Assembly: GCA_044892525.1 (NCBI GenBank)
Contig: CM097885.1
Span: forward strand, 38,130,001-38,194,000
Length of the DNA: 64,000 bases
Source: Schmidtea polychroa
Taxonomy: Eukaryota
Direction of reading: 5' to 3'
Within the stretch, counting starts at the first letter, position 1; every line of letters starts with the position of its first letter. The translations under genes and the position numbers were made by a program. Positions 1-64,000 of the stretch are shown here, piece after piece. The notes under the pieces are model-generated. The model worked only from the letters and a program-made list of their open reading frames with translations. It was not told where the DNA came from and did not search any database.

Positions 1-2048
1 AGGTTACCTACATTCACTCGGGATGAATAACTATACAATATTGATCATTTATAAACAAATTATTAAATCTATAAATTTTTAAATTATAAATAACAATTTT
101 AAATAATTATTTTCAAAAATAATTTTCAACAAAGAATAAAGTCTTTACCGTGTCTTTTTAAGTATTTATTAATTATTATTTTTTACTAATTTTTTTATTT
201 TATTAATTTTATTTACTTTTATTTTATTTCTAAATTGTGTCTTCCTTTTATAGGTTTGGTTGCTTTGGGATAAATTTATATAGAAATAATAATTCCACAA
301 TTTATTGTAAATCTCAAGGTTTTAGCGTATATTTAATATAAAAAAAATCCTCAATTAACAAGCTTTTCTTATAGCACTGTGTAAAAATTAGGAAACCCTC
401 CCATTACAAGAATTTTGGTTCTTTATATCATGGTTCATTATTTATATATAATATGTACATTGTTATTACTCTAAAGTTTAGTATAAATAGCACCATACAC
501 ACATTTATTCTCTGAATAAATAAGTACATTCAAAATAATGTACTACTTACTAACGTATAATACTGTAGAATGATACAGTGCTATATGACATCTGTCTTAT
601 GTGAATCCTAAAAGTCATACATTCAAAAATAATTTGTTAAACGTTTCTGGATTGGGGTTGGAAGCATAACAATTTTTAGAACATATTTTCCTGTATACTC
701 TTTAGATAGTTCAAAATTGAAATTACTTTTCTGTCAGTAATAATAAAAAAGGCTTTTCAAAGCTATTCTATAGAGCAGAAAGTTCCAAGAATCTTTTCCC
801 ATTCGAGTAAAAGTATATGCAGTATGGTTCTCTTGTATAAATCTTTGAAAGCATATCTGCAATTTCTTTTTGTTCTTATTTTCAATCCTTCAACATCTTT
901 AAAGTAGTATCAAGTAAAATAAATTTTCAAGATTATTTTTCATTGAAAAAATTTGAAATTAAAGGAGAGATACAACATATTAGTAAGTAGTAAGTAGTCT
1001 ATATAGTTCTAAATTGAAATGCGCATCAAATAAAATATTATCGAATCAAATCATATAATTCCACTGAAGTCCAAAAATCTTTTATAATTTAATCATTTTT
1101 AAAAATTAAAACAAAAATTGTAATGTTAATAATGTTTTCACATTGTTTAGGTACTGTTTCATATAACAAGAAACATTCTCACTTTTTGTATAAGTTGAAA
1201 GTATTTTATACAGCATTGTTTTCATTTCTATTTTGTGCGGAACGCAATTTTTGCATATGAATTGTTCATAATGTTCAACAACCACGGTTTCCATGTAACA
1301 CGTTATATAGGGATACATTTTCAAAATTTCTACAAACTTCTATATATTGGAGACGCTATTGATATCATTTTGTGAATTTTACTCCCTGGAAATATAATAA
1401 CCTTTTTATATAAAAATGGACGGAAACGAAAGAAATTCATTTCCACAATACCTCCCACTAGTTTCGTTATAGGCTTGGCAACCTGTGGTAAAATGAAAAA
1501 TGATTAATAAATGATCTTTAAATTTTAGTCCTAAATCCTTTATGTCCGAAGTTAATAGNNNNNNNNNNNNNNNNNNNNNNNNNNNNNNNNNNNNNNNNNN
1601 NNNNNNNNNNNNNNNNNNNNNNNNNNNNNNNNNNNNNNNNNNNNNNNNNNNNNNNNNNNNNNNNNNNNNNNNNNNNNNNNNNNNNNNNNNNNNNNNNNNN
1701 NNATAACCGACGCTGGTTCTTTTGGTTCCATAACATCCTTATCTTTTATTCCCATCATGACAACCATGCTTTGGAGATATTTTAATAAAATGTCTACATC
1801 CGATAATTGACAATATAAGAAAGTAATGATGCGGGAAATGACATTAATTTTTCTTATCACAAACTTATATCTTTACTACAACAATTTGTAAGCTTTTCAT
1901 TCAAGTAAGAGGAACCAAAGAAAAAGTAACACATCTGAAAATTTTCTAGATCAGGATTTCTAGTAAAAAAATTGCAAATTTAAAAACGGTCATGGAATGA
2001 TACATATGAATTTGTTATTGTAATTTTTAAGTATTTTTGTTAATTAAG

Positions 2049-63632
<61,584 letters not shown>

Positions 63633-64000
63633 GTTAGTGTAAAAGTTTTATTTGTTAAATTTTTTTTGTAATTTTTCAGATTTTTTAAAATAATTTTTTG
63701 CATTAAGCGCATGTCTAATATGGCAAGATTTTATAACCGCAAAGTACTCATTGTAGATTAAGATTTAGTAATTAAGATTAGTTTAAATTTAGAACAAATT
63801 GTCACCCCAAAAAAGCGTGCTTTGCTTCGTGAACTATCTCTTTGCTCTCGCCTCTTCCCTAGCTCTATTAGACATATAGGATATCATACAAGCCAACCTT
63901 TTCAAGTGTTTCAAATTTCTATTGATGAACCCACGCCAAAATAACAGTTGAGTATCAAAGTTCTATATCAATAGTAAAATGCATTTTAATCAGAGAAATT

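Overview
AT-rich animal genomic DNA with many N blocks; no prokaryotic features, rRNA or tRNA were seen. The 42-61 bp micro-introns, TE-filled long introns and AAT/ATT arrays polarised near splice sites suggest a planarian flatworm such as Schmidtea (inference). Almost the whole window is one + strand gene, open at both ends. I traced about 56 exons by hand (about 9.4 kb of CDS, over 3,000 aa). It encodes a giant extracellular protein: Caspr/neurexin-IV-type fibrinogen-like module, 3 EGF, a gap-hidden linker, VWD-C8-TIL-TILa, about 54 more EGF/cbEGF modules, then follistatin/Kazal modules. The introns contain: a near-full-length Penelope-like retroelement (RT + GIY-YIG, two nonsense codons) with inverted pLTRs; a second, truncated copy of it; five minimal hammerhead ribozyme motifs from two families; three copies of a foldback/palindrome family; Tc1/mariner- and hAT-type non-autonomous elements; a gag zinc-knuckle remnant; and a decayed RNF115/RNF126-like gene fragment. 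The most notable points are the protein architecture, the hammerheads with covarying palindromic stem III, and the repeated use of inverted or complementary sequence inside long introns.
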